Shown here: piece by piece, positions 8,473 to 16,695 of the stretch
Layout of the letters: every line of letters starts with the position of its first letter
Numbering within the stretch: the stretch's first letter is position 1
Assembly (NCBI GenBank): GCA_041917235.1
Contig: JAYRXZ010000006.1
Span: 41,517 to 105,516 of the forward strand
Reading direction: 5' to 3'
DNA from: Lacunisphaera sp.
GTDB taxonomy: Bacteria; Verrucomicrobiota; Verrucomicrobiia; Opitutales; Opitutaceae
DNA: 64,000 nucleotides
Position numbers and translations under genes: made by a program
The notes under the pieces: generated by a model
Told to the model about the DNA's origin: nothing
Database searches by the model: none
What the model saw: the letters and a program-made list of their open reading frames with translations, nothing else

Positions 8473-9252
8473 ATGAAACTCCCGCTCCGCTGGACAAAAA
8501 ACACGCTGATCTTCGGCGGCATCGCCGCCTGGGGCCTCCTGCTGGTCTCCTGCGTTTCCGTCAACCGCTCCGTCATGGCACCGCCCTCGGTGCCGGGGGC
8601 CAAATTCGTGGGCACCAAGGCCTGCGCCGAATGCCATGAGACCGTGACCACGGGATTCCATGACGCGACGCACGCCAAGCTCACCGCCGATGGCGGCAAC
8701 GGCCAGGACATCGGCTGCGAGGCCTGCCACGGCCCCGGCAGCATCCACGTGAAGTCCGGCGGCGGCGCCGGCAGCATCGTGAACCCGGGCAACTCGCCCG
8801 AGACCTGCTTCCAGTGCCACCTGGACAAGCGCGGCGAGTTCAGCCTGCCGAACACCCACCCGGTGCTCGCCGGCAAGATGAGCTGCAGCGACTGCCACAG
8901 CCCGCACACCGGCGACGCCATCAACGAGACCAACACCGGCATGTCGACGCTCAACTCGTCCTGCCTGAAGTGCCACACCTCACAGGGCGGCCCCTATGTC
9001 TTCGAGCACGAGGCTTCCCGCGAGGGTTGCATGTCCTGCCACAGCCCGCACGGCTCCGTGAACCAGAAGATGCTCAAGGCCCGCAATGCCAACCTCTGCC
9101 TGCAATGCCACTTCCAGGAGCAACCCTCCGCCGGTGTCATCATGATCGGCGGCCGCGACCACGCGAGCTTCCTGTCCCGCGGCACCTGCTGGTCCGGTGG
9201 CTGCCACGAGGCCGTCCACGGCTCACACGTCAGCTCCTCCCTCCGCTTCTAA
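8473..9252 (+). CDS. Periplasmic/lipoprotein multiheme cytochrome c (7 CxxCH + 1 CxxxxCH), MtrA/OmaB-like
   Basis: Signal/lipobox region IAAWGLLLVSC; motifs CAECH, CEACH, CFQCH, CSDCH, CLKCH, CMSCH, CLQCH plus CWSGGCH in 259 aa, i.e. extremely heme-dense. Confidence 0.85.
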   Translation: MKLPLRWTKNTLIFGGIAAWGLLLVSCVSVNRSVMAPPSVPGAKFVGTKACAECHETVTTGFHDATHAKLTADGGNGQDIGCEACHGPGSIHVKSGGGAGSIVNPGNSPETCFQCHLDKRGEFSLPNTHPVLAGKMSCSDCHSPHTGDAINETNTGMSTLNSSCLKCHTSQGGPYVFEHEASREGCMSCHSPHGSVNQKMLKARNANLCLQCHFQEQPSAGVIMIGGRDHASFLSRGTCWSGGCHEAVHGSHVSSSLRF

Positions 9253-9277
9253 CACCCAAACCATCACGGATACTCCG

Positions 9278-11404
9278 ATGAACTCCACCGCCATTCTCCA
9301 CCTGATTCGCCGGCCCATGCTGGTCCTCGCGGGGGCGAGCCTGCTGGGCCTGCCGGGCGCCTTGAGCGCCCAAACCGGCAAGGCCAAGGAACCGACCTAC
9401 GAGAACTACATCGACTTCTCCGCGGGCTACAACCTGCAGGAGGGCGACCGCCCCGGCTTCCAGAAGCAATTCCAGCTCAATAAAAAGGGATCCATCGGCA
9501 TCGAGGATCTCTACTACACCACCGAGCTGAAGAACGAGGCCGTCCTCAAGCTCCGTGGCCATGCCCTGGCCGGGAACCATGACTACCTCCTCGACCTGTC
9601 CATCACCAAGGACGAGGTCGGCTACCTGAAGGCCGGCTACAAGATGTTCCGCACCTGGTATGATGGCAGCGGCGGCGTCTGGCCCACCAACGGCCTGCGC
9701 ATCCAGCTCTACGACGAGGACCTGCATGTCGACCGCGGCAACCTCTGGCTGGAGGCCGGCTTCACCAAGCCCGACGCCGTCAACTTCATGTTCCGTTACG
9801 ACTACCTCACGAAGAAGGGCCAGAAGGATTCCACCAGCTGGATGGACACCGGTCTCGCCGTCAGCGCGTCGGCCACCCGCTACATCGTGCCGACCTACCT
9901 GACCTTCGACGAGAAGCGCCACATCCTCAACGGCACCGTCTCGAAGGTCGCGGGCAAGCATGACCTCGCCCTGGGCCTCCGTTACGACAAGGGCGAGTAT
10001 GAGAACGGCCGCTACAGCCGCCGCACCCCGGGGCAGTCGACCGACCGCTACGTCACCGCCAAGGAGGGCCAGGACTTCGATCTGTTCCAGATCCGCGGCA
10101 GCTATCTCAACCAGCTGACCGAGAAGCTCAAGCTGACCACCGCCGTCGCCCGCACCAAGATCGACACCATCCTCAGCGGCAGCCGCATCTTCGGCACCGG
10201 CTACGACGCGGACTACAGCAGCACCTTCCCGACCCGCCAGCAGCGCGACGAGGGCTATTTCAGCCTGCTCCCCGGCAACGAGCTCGGCAAATCGCAGATG
10301 ACGCAGACCGTCGCCACCCTCAGCGCGCTGTATCTCGGCTCCGAGACCCTCCGCATCACGCCCTCCTTCCGGTTCGAGAAGACCCAGTGGCACAACCTGA
10401 TCGGGTTCGAGGAAACGAACTTCGGTGCCGCCCCCACCTTCACGCCCATCAACGACGAGGTGGAGGCCCGGAGCGCGAAAAGCTGGAAGACCTACGCCGC
10501 CAGCGTCGAAGCCCGCTACACCGGTTACAAGAACGTCTCACTCAACTTCAAGGCCGACTGGTCCAACTCCGCGGGCGAGCTCCAGGAGGAGCGCATCCTT
10601 GAGCCGGGCACCCCGCTGCAGGCCATCTCGATCGACCGCGACACCGAGCTGGAGCGCAGCGTGCAGAAGTATGCCTACACCGCCAACTGGTATGCCCGCC
10701 CCGGCACCACCGTCGCGGTGCAATACTACTTCAAGGCCCGCCAGAACGACTACCGCGCCACCCGCGACAACACCGTCAGCACCGCCGACCGCTACCCGGC
10801 CTACGTCACCGGCCAGGACTTTGAGACCAATGACTTCAACATCCGCCTGTCGCACCGCCTGTCGCCCAACTTCCGGACGATCACGCGCTACGACTACCAG
10901 AAGACCACCGTCCGCTCGCAGGAGGTCGGCTTGGCGTTCGCCCAGAGCATGGAGTCCATCCAGCACATCCTCTCCGAGAGCGTGACCTGGAACCCGCTCG
11001 CCCGCTGGTATCTCCAGGGCAACGTCAACTACGTGAACGAGACCCTCAAGACTCCGGCCGTCGGCCTGACCGGCGCCGCGAGCAACCTCGTGAAGAACAG
11101 CGATTCGAACTACGTGAACTTCAGCCTGAGCAGCGGCTACGCCCTCGACGAACAGAGCGACCTACTGGTGGATTACATGCTCTACAAGGCGATGGGTAAT
11201 TACATCAACAACTCCGCCGTCACCGTGCCCTACGGCACCGACAGCAAGCTGCAGACCTTCTCGGTGGGCTGGAACCGCCGCATGAACGCCCGCACGACGG
11301 TCAACCTGAAGTATACCTACGCCAAGAACGAGGACGTCCCGTCGCTCGGCGCCGCTGACTACGAGGGCCACCTGCTCTACGGTAAGGTCCAGTATCGCTT
11401 CTGA
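9278..11404 (+). CDS. Outer-membrane beta-barrel protein (~708 aa), putative porin partner of the upstream multiheme cytochrome (MtrB/MtoB/OmbB-like)
   Basis: Track ORF 9197..11404; Met at 9278 gives signal peptide MNSTAILHLIRRPMLVLAGASLLGLPGALSAQ. Alternating hydrophobic/aromatic beta-strand pattern throughout; C-terminus ...LYGKVQYRF with terminal Phe typical of OMPs. Starts 26 bp after the cytochrome gene. Confidence 0.75.
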   Translation: MNSTAILHLIRRPMLVLAGASLLGLPGALSAQTGKAKEPTYENYIDFSAGYNLQEGDRPGFQKQFQLNKKGSIGIEDLYYTTELKNEAVLKLRGHALAGNHDYLLDLSITKDEVGYLKAGYKMFRTWYDGSGGVWPTNGLRIQLYDEDLHVDRGNLWLEAGFTKPDAVNFMFRYDYLTKKGQKDSTSWMDTGLAVSASATRYIVPTYLTFDEKRHILNGTVSKVAGKHDLALGLRYDKGEYENGRYSRRTPGQSTDRYVTAKEGQDFDLFQIRGSYLNQLTEKLKLTTAVARTKIDTILSGSRIFGTGYDADYSSTFPTRQQRDEGYFSLLPGNELGKSQMTQTVATLSALYLGSETLRITPSFRFEKTQWHNLIGFEETNFGAAPTFTPINDEVEARSAKSWKTYAASVEARYTGYKNVSLNFKADWSNSAGELQEERILEPGTPLQAISIDRDTELERSVQKYAYTANWYARPGTTVAVQYYFKARQNDYRATRDNTVSTADRYPAYVTGQDFETNDFNIRLSHRLSPNFRTITRYDYQKTTVRSQEVGLAFAQSMESIQHILSESVTWNPLARWYLQGNVNYVNETLKTPAVGLTGAASNLVKNSDSNYVNFSLSSGYALDEQSDLLVDYMLYKAMGNYINNSAVTVPYGTDSKLQTFSVGWNRRMNARTTVNLKYTYAKNEDVPSLGAADYEGHLLYGKVQYRF

Positions 11405-11423
11405 GGCCGACTCCCTCACCCCC

Positions 11424-11457
11424 GGCCGCGGCGTCCTCGGACCCGCGGCCTTTTTGT
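11424..11457 (+). terminator. Rho-independent terminator after the cytochrome/porin operon
   Basis: GGCCGCGG cgtcctcggac CCGCGGCC followed by TTTTTGTTT, 20 bp after the stop at 11404. Confidence 0.7.
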
Positions 11458-11704
11458 TTATTCCCTGTGGGTCTAACCCCCCGGAGCTTGCTCCGACTTG
11501 GATTGTGCAATCCCACGGCGAGGTCGCCGTGGCTCCAGATCCGGCGCCTGGAGCGCGGGCGACCCCGCCCGCGAAGGGTTCGTTCAAAGGCCCGGAGCTT
11601 GCTCCGGGGATATTTACGGCCCTGGCCCCGGGGCCCGCAATATCCGCGCAGTGCCTGACAACGGGCGCAGGGCCGACCGCGCCCCTCCCTGCTAGAATGA
11701 GGGC

Positions 11705-13117
11705 ATGAACCTGCTCGCGCCCTCCGCCCCGTCAGCTCCCGCCGCCGCATCGCACGTGTGGCCCGTGGCCGTCATCGGCGGCGGCCTCACCGGCCTCGCC
11801 ACCGCCTGGCAGCTGCGCCGGGCGGGCGTCCCGGTCGTGGTGTTCGAGGCCGGCGTGGCCCCCGGCGGCGTCATCGGCTCCGGCCGCGAGGGCGGCTGGC
11901 TGGTCGAGACCGGCCCCAACACCCTCTTCGAGAACACCCCGGATATCTCGGCCTTCCTCACGGAGCTCGGACTGCGCGATCGCCGGCTTGTGGCCAATCC
12001 CGCCGCGGCGAAGCGCTACGTCGTGCAACATGGCGCCCCCGTGGCCCTGCCCGACTCCGCGTTTAAGTTCATTACCACCCCGCTCCTGTCAGCCCGCGCC
12101 AAGCTCAACGTGCTCGGCGAACCCTTCCGTGGCCGCCCGCCGGCGGGCAAGGAGGAATCCGTCGCGGAGTTCGTCACGCGCCGCCTCGGCCCGGAGTTTC
12201 TCGACTACATCGTGAACCCGTTCGTCGCGGGCGTCTTCGCCGGCGACCCGGCCGCCCTGTCCGTGAAGCACGCCTTCCCCAAGCTCTTCGCGCTGGAACA
12301 CGAGCACGGCTCGCTCGTCCGCGGCTCGCTCGCGCGGCGCAACGCCACCGGCGCCCCGAAGGGCAGCATGATCTCCTTTCCTGACGGCCTGGCGGAGATC
12401 CCCCGCGCCCTCGCCCGGGCCCTCGGCTCCGACCTGCGACTCGGCCACGCCGTCACCCATGTCCGCCGCACCGGCTCGACCTGGCAGGTCGGCTTCATCA
12501 CCGGCGGCATCCGCCGGGAGGAGGAATTTGCCGCCGTGATCTGCGCGCTGCCGCCCGACCTGCTGGGCGGGCTCCGGTTTGAGGGCGCCCCCGCCGCCGG
12601 CGCGCTCGCCCAGCTGCGCCGGGTCACCTCGCCGGCCGTCGCCTCCGTGTTCCTCGGCTACCGCCGGGAGGACGTCGCGCACCCGCTCGACGGCTTCGGC
12701 ATCCTCACCCCCGCGGTCGAGCGGCGCCGCATCCTCGGCACGCTGTTTTCCAGCACCCTGTTCCCCGGCCGCGCGCCGGAGGGACATGTCGCCCTGACCA
12801 CCTTCGTCGGCGGCACGCGGCAGCCGGAACTCGCCGGCGCCAGCGACCGCGAGCTGCTCGACACCGTCCGCTCCGAACTTGGCGCGCTGCTCGGCGTGCA
12901 CGGCGAACCCGTGTTCACCCGGATCCAGCGCTGGCCGCACGCCATCCCGCAATACACCGTCGGCTTCCAACAGTTCAAGGATGCCTGCGCCGCCGCCGAG
13001 GCCGGCGCGCCCGGCCTTTTCATCGGCGGCACCAGCCGCGACGGTGTCTCGCTCTCGCAATGCATCGCCGCCGGCAAGCGGCTGGCTGCGGCCGTCCAAC
13101 AGGCCGTCACGGCCTGA
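11705..13117 (+). CDS. hemY: Protoporphyrinogen oxidase (HemY/PPOX family, FAD-dependent)
   Basis: N-terminal dinucleotide-binding motif VAVIGGGLTGLATAWQL; length and conservation pattern of PPOX (VQHGAPVALP; FxGGxSRDGVSL near C-terminus). Confidence 0.8.
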   Translation: MNLLAPSAPSAPAAASHVWPVAVIGGGLTGLATAWQLRRAGVPVVVFEAGVAPGGVIGSGREGGWLVETGPNTLFENTPDISAFLTELGLRDRRLVANPAAAKRYVVQHGAPVALPDSAFKFITTPLLSARAKLNVLGEPFRGRPPAGKEESVAEFVTRRLGPEFLDYIVNPFVAGVFAGDPAALSVKHAFPKLFALEHEHGSLVRGSLARRNATGAPKGSMISFPDGLAEIPRALARALGSDLRLGHAVTHVRRTGSTWQVGFITGGIRREEEFAAVICALPPDLLGGLRFEGAPAAGALAQLRRVTSPAVASVFLGYRREDVAHPLDGFGILTPAVERRRILGTLFSSTLFPGRAPEGHVALTTFVGGTRQPELAGASDRELLDTVRSELGALLGVHGEPVFTRIQRWPHAIPQYTVGFQQFKDACAAAEAGAPGLFIGGTSRDGVSLSQCIAAGKRLAAAVQQAVTA

Positions 13118-13450
13118 GGCAACTGCATCGAAGGTGGAACCCGGCCTCTGGACGGGTTGGTCAGATGTGCGCCAAGAAATCAGATCCAGCCTGTCCGCCA
13201 TAGTCTCGGCAAAGGCGGAAGGCCTGTTTCGCCCAGCGAGTGCTTTCAAACCCCTCAGCTTCCGAAACCTGTCATTCTGAGCGTAGCGAAGTCTAGCCAG
13301 CAGGCTGGTTCGACATCCAGTTGAATGCTCGCTGCTCAAGCAAAGCGGCCCACATCCCGATGCATTCTTCACTGCGTTCAGAATGACAAATCGAGATTCT
13401 AAAACACTTCCTGGTTTAACTCCGCATCCCGGCTCCGTCGCCAAGGGCCC

Positions 13451-14551
13451 TCACCCCGCCAGGCTGACGGCCGGATAAAACTCGACCGGACGGTCGGCGG
13501 CCGTCGCTTGGGCATCCCCGGCCTGCAGCGCCCGCTCGGCCTGCGCCCAGAGGGTGGTCGTGCGCTCGGCGAGGATCTCGCGGCAGCGGATGATCTCCGA
13601 CTCCCGCGCCGCGCGGTTTTCCGCGGCGATCTTCGCGAGGTCGTCGAGATTGTAGACAAAGACGTTCTTGAGCGCAGTGACGCCGGCATCGACGTCGCGC
13701 GGCAGGGCGGCATCGATGAAAAACATCGGCCGGCCCGAGCGCTGCTGCATCGCGGCGGCAGCCCGCTCCGGCGAGATGATGGCCGCGGGACAGGAGGTGG
13801 AGCAGACCACGACGTCGAATTCGCCCAGTCGGGTGAGCGCCTCGTCAAAGGAGACCGCCGTGGCCCCCAGTTCCATTGCCGCCTCGCTGGCACGCTCCAG
13901 GCGCCGGCTGGCGACCACCAACGAACCCGGGCTGCGGCTGCGGAAGGCGCGGCCGCTCTTCAGGCCGATGTCGCCGGCACCCAACAACAGCACCTTCGTT
14001 TCGTCGAGCTTGCCGAAGATCCGCAGCGCGACCTCCACGGCCACGTTCGAGACGCTGACCAGGCCCGCCGTGATGCCCGTGTGCGTGCGGACGTGCTTGG
14101 CCGCCTGGAAGGCTTTCTGGAAAATGCGGTTCAGGACCGGACCCGCCGAGCCCCGGCCCTGTGCGGTGAGGAAGGCTTTCTTCACCTGGCCGAAAATCTC
14201 GTTCTCGCCGATCATCTGGGAATCGAGGCCGCTCGCCACCTCCAGCAGATGCTCGACCGTCGCGCGGCCGGCCAAGCCCAGCTTGATCCGATCAAATTCC
14301 TCCGGCGCGAAGCCCTGCCGCGCGCAGAACGCCGCGGCCACTTGGGCGGCCTGGCGATCGTTCTCGCCGACCCCGTAGATTTCCACGCGGTTGCAGGTGT
14401 TCAGGATGACAAACTCGACCAGGCCCGGGAGCCCCTTCAGGTCCGCGGCCAGACCGGCCTCGTTCACGGCGGAGAGGGCCAGCTTTTCGCGCAGCCCGAG
14501 CGGGGCGGTGCGGTGGGTGGCGCCAACAAGAAACAGTTGTCCGTCGTTCAT
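13451..14551 (-). CDS. hemA: Glutamyl-tRNA reductase
   Basis: Track ORF 13451..14878(-); the conserved HemA N-terminus begins at internal Met MNDGQLFLVGATHRTAPLGLREKLAL; contains ILNTCNRVEIYG (catalytic Cys region) and NADPH-binding LLLGAGDIG. Confidence 0.85.
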   Translation of the reverse strand: MNDGQLFLVGATHRTAPLGLREKLALSAVNEAGLAADLKGLPGLVEFVILNTCNRVEIYGVGENDRQAAQVAAAFCARQGFAPEEFDRIKLGLAGRATVEHLLEVASGLDSQMIGENEIFGQVKKAFLTAQGRGSAGPVLNRIFQKAFQAAKHVRTHTGITAGLVSVSNVAVEVALRIFGKLDETKVLLLGAGDIGLKSGRAFRSRSPGSLVVASRRLERASEAAMELGATAVSFDEALTRLGEFDVVVCSTSCPAAIISPERAAAAMQQRSGRPMFFIDAALPRDVDAGVTALKNVFVYNLDDLAKIAAENRAARESEIIRCREILAERTTTLWAQAERALQAGDAQATAADRPVEFYPAVSLAG

Positions 14552-14798
14552 CGTGCGGTGGTAGGGTGAAATCTGAACCCGGCCAGTATCGCAGGGATGC
14601 CCGGAACCGTCTGCGCGACGGTTGCCATCCACTCCGCAGTTCTTGCGCCCTGTGCCTGGGGGACCGCCCCGGGACCCGCCTGATCCCCTAATGCCCCTTA
14701 TGAGAAGGCCTTGAACGTCCGCCGGCCCGCCGGGGGCCCCGGCGGGCCGGCCAAGTTTCTGTTCGACAAGCCCCCGCCCGGCGCCTTCTGTTCCGGCC

Positions 14799-15035
14799 AT
14801 GGCCTCGCCTGAGAAAAAGCCCTTTTCCGTCGTCACCCTCGTCATTGACCTGACGCTCACCGCCATCGCCTTTGGCATCTTTTACTGGCTCGTGAACTCG
14901 CACGTGCCCTCCAACGACCCGAAGATGGTCATGCTGTGGGGTGGCCTCGCCGCCGGCTGCATGGCCGGCGTGTTCTGGCTCGCCTGGCAGATGCTCAAGG
15001 TCGTCTTCCAGTTCCAGCGCGATTCGCGCAAGTGA
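14799..15035 (+). CDS. Small hypothetical membrane protein (78 aa, 2 predicted TM)
   Basis: Strong GC3 bias; two hydrophobic helices; no competing credible ORF (overlapping 14882..16366(-) ORF is antisense to a real gene). Confidence 0.5.
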   Translation: MASPEKKPFSVVTLVIDLTLTAIAFGIFYWLVNSHVPSNDPKMVMLWGGLAAGCMAGVFWLAWQMLKVVFQFQRDSRK

Positions 15036-15065
15036 GCCATGCGCCCCCGCGGCGCGAATAGATCT

Positions 15066-15097
15066 GGCCCCACCCCGGCGGTGGGGCTATTTTTTTG
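15066..15097 (+). terminator. Rho-independent terminator
   Basis: GGCCCCACC ccggc GGTGGGGC followed by TATTTTTTT. Confidence 0.6.
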
Positions 15098-15157
15098 CCA
15101 ATCCTGCCATGCGCCCCCGCCCCGAACCCCTGACCGGACGCTGACCGGCCTGCACGG

Positions 15158-16597
15158 ATGACCACCCCCGGGTTCCAACACATCGCCGTCATCGGCGGCG
15201 GTTTCAGCGGCACGATGGCCGCCCTCAACCTCGCCCGCCTCGGCGCCGCGCCCCTCCGCGTCACCCTGCTCAACCACGGCTCGCCTGCCGGCCGTGGCAT
15301 CGCCTACGGCACCCGCCGCCCCGAGCACCTGCTCAACGTCGCCGCCCGCAACATGTCGGCGCTGCCCGACCACCCGAACCATTTCCTCGAGTGGCTCCGC
15401 ACCCGCACCGAATACGCCGACGTGCCCGACGCCGAGCTGCGCGAGACCTTCATGCCGCGCCGCGTCTACGGCGACTACCTCCGCAGCCTGGCCCAGCACT
15501 ACATGCGGCCGCTCGACCCGCGGTGCGGCGCGGAGTTCGCCCAGCTCAATGACGAGGTCCTCGCGCTCGAGCCCGCCGGCGCTGGCGCCCGGCTCCGGCT
15601 CGCGAGCGGCGCCACGCTCGACGCCGACAAGGTCGTCCTCGCCACGGGCAACGAGCCGCCCGCCGACCTGCCGGGCCAAAACACCGTCGCCACCCACGCC
15701 GCCTGGTGCGCCAACCCGTGGCTGGACTGGGAATCGCGCATCCCCGCGTCGGGCGACATTGTGCTGCTCGGCACCGGCCTCACGACGGTGGATGCGATCA
15801 TCACCCTGCTCGCCCTCGGCTGGCGCGGCACCATCCACGCCGTCTCGCGCCACGGCCTGCTGCCCGAATCCCATTTCAAGGGCGTGGACGATCCGCTGTT
15901 TCCACCGCCCAACGTCGACCTCGCCACGCTCGGCCTCGGGGGCCTCGTCCGCCTCCTCGAGGAACACTGCGCCCGCCTGCGTGCCGCCGGCCTCAACCCC
16001 GCCATGGTCGTGGACAAGCTGCGCCCGCACACGCAGCGGATCTGGGGCGCCTTCACCGACGCGGAACGGCGCGAGTTCGTCGCGAAGCACGCCGCGCGCT
16101 GGAACGTCCTGCGCCATCGCATCGCCCCGTCCATCCACCGCCAGGTCACGGACGCCCTCGCTTCCGGCCGGCTGAAGATCACGCGCGCCGCCGTGACCGG
16201 CGTGAAACCCCTCGGCGCCAGGATCGGCGTCGAGCTGCGCGGCCGCGACGGGGTGGTTTCCGTCATGGAAGCCGCGCTCGCCATCAACTGCACCGGCCCG
16301 CACACCCGCTTCTCCGCCACGCGCTCGCCCCTGCTGCAGCAGCTCCTGCGGAGCGGACTCGCCCAACCCGACCCGATGGACATGGGCATCCGCGTCGAAC
16401 CGGACTTCGCGGTCGTCAATCGCGACGGCCGGCGCTCGCCCTGCCTGTTTGCCATCGGCCCGCTGTTGCGCGGCACGCTGTGGGAGAGCGTCGCGGTGCC
16501 CGAGCTGCGCGGCCAGGCGCTGCGCGTCGCGCAGACCCTGCTCGACGCCGGCACGACCGCGCCGGTCGAGACCACGGTCCTCGAATATCAGATCTGA
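15158..16597 (+). CDS. FAD/NAD(P)-binding oxidoreductase (YdhS/COG4529-like family)
   Basis: N-terminal IAVIGGGFSGTMAALNL Rossmann motif; second nucleotide-binding-like segment DIVLLGTGLTTVDAI; 479 aa. Confidence 0.75.
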   Translation: MTTPGFQHIAVIGGGFSGTMAALNLARLGAAPLRVTLLNHGSPAGRGIAYGTRRPEHLLNVAARNMSALPDHPNHFLEWLRTRTEYADVPDAELRETFMPRRVYGDYLRSLAQHYMRPLDPRCGAEFAQLNDEVLALEPAGAGARLRLASGATLDADKVVLATGNEPPADLPGQNTVATHAAWCANPWLDWESRIPASGDIVLLGTGLTTVDAIITLLALGWRGTIHAVSRHGLLPESHFKGVDDPLFPPPNVDLATLGLGGLVRLLEEHCARLRAAGLNPAMVVDKLRPHTQRIWGAFTDAERREFVAKHAARWNVLRHRIAPSIHRQVTDALASGRLKITRAAVTGVKPLGARIGVELRGRDGVVSVMEAALAINCTGPHTRFSATRSPLLQQLLRSGLAQPDPMDMGIRVEPDFAVVNRDGRRSPCLFAIGPLLRGTLWESVAVPELRGQALRVAQTLLDAGTTAPVETTVLEYQI

Positions 16598-16695
16598 GGG
16601 TGGAACCCGGCCTCCGGACGGGTTCGTGCCACGCCCATCAGACCGCTCCAGTCATCGCTTGCTCAAGCCAGCCCGTCCGGAGGCCGGGCTCCACC

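Noticed and set aside
3152-8978. Long minus-strand ORFs (3152..4693, 4832..6991, 7074..8978) across the cytochrome operon
   Set aside because: Each is antisense to a plus-strand gene with CxxCH motifs or radical SAM motifs and signal peptides; translations are Gly/Ala/Arg/Glu low-complexity.
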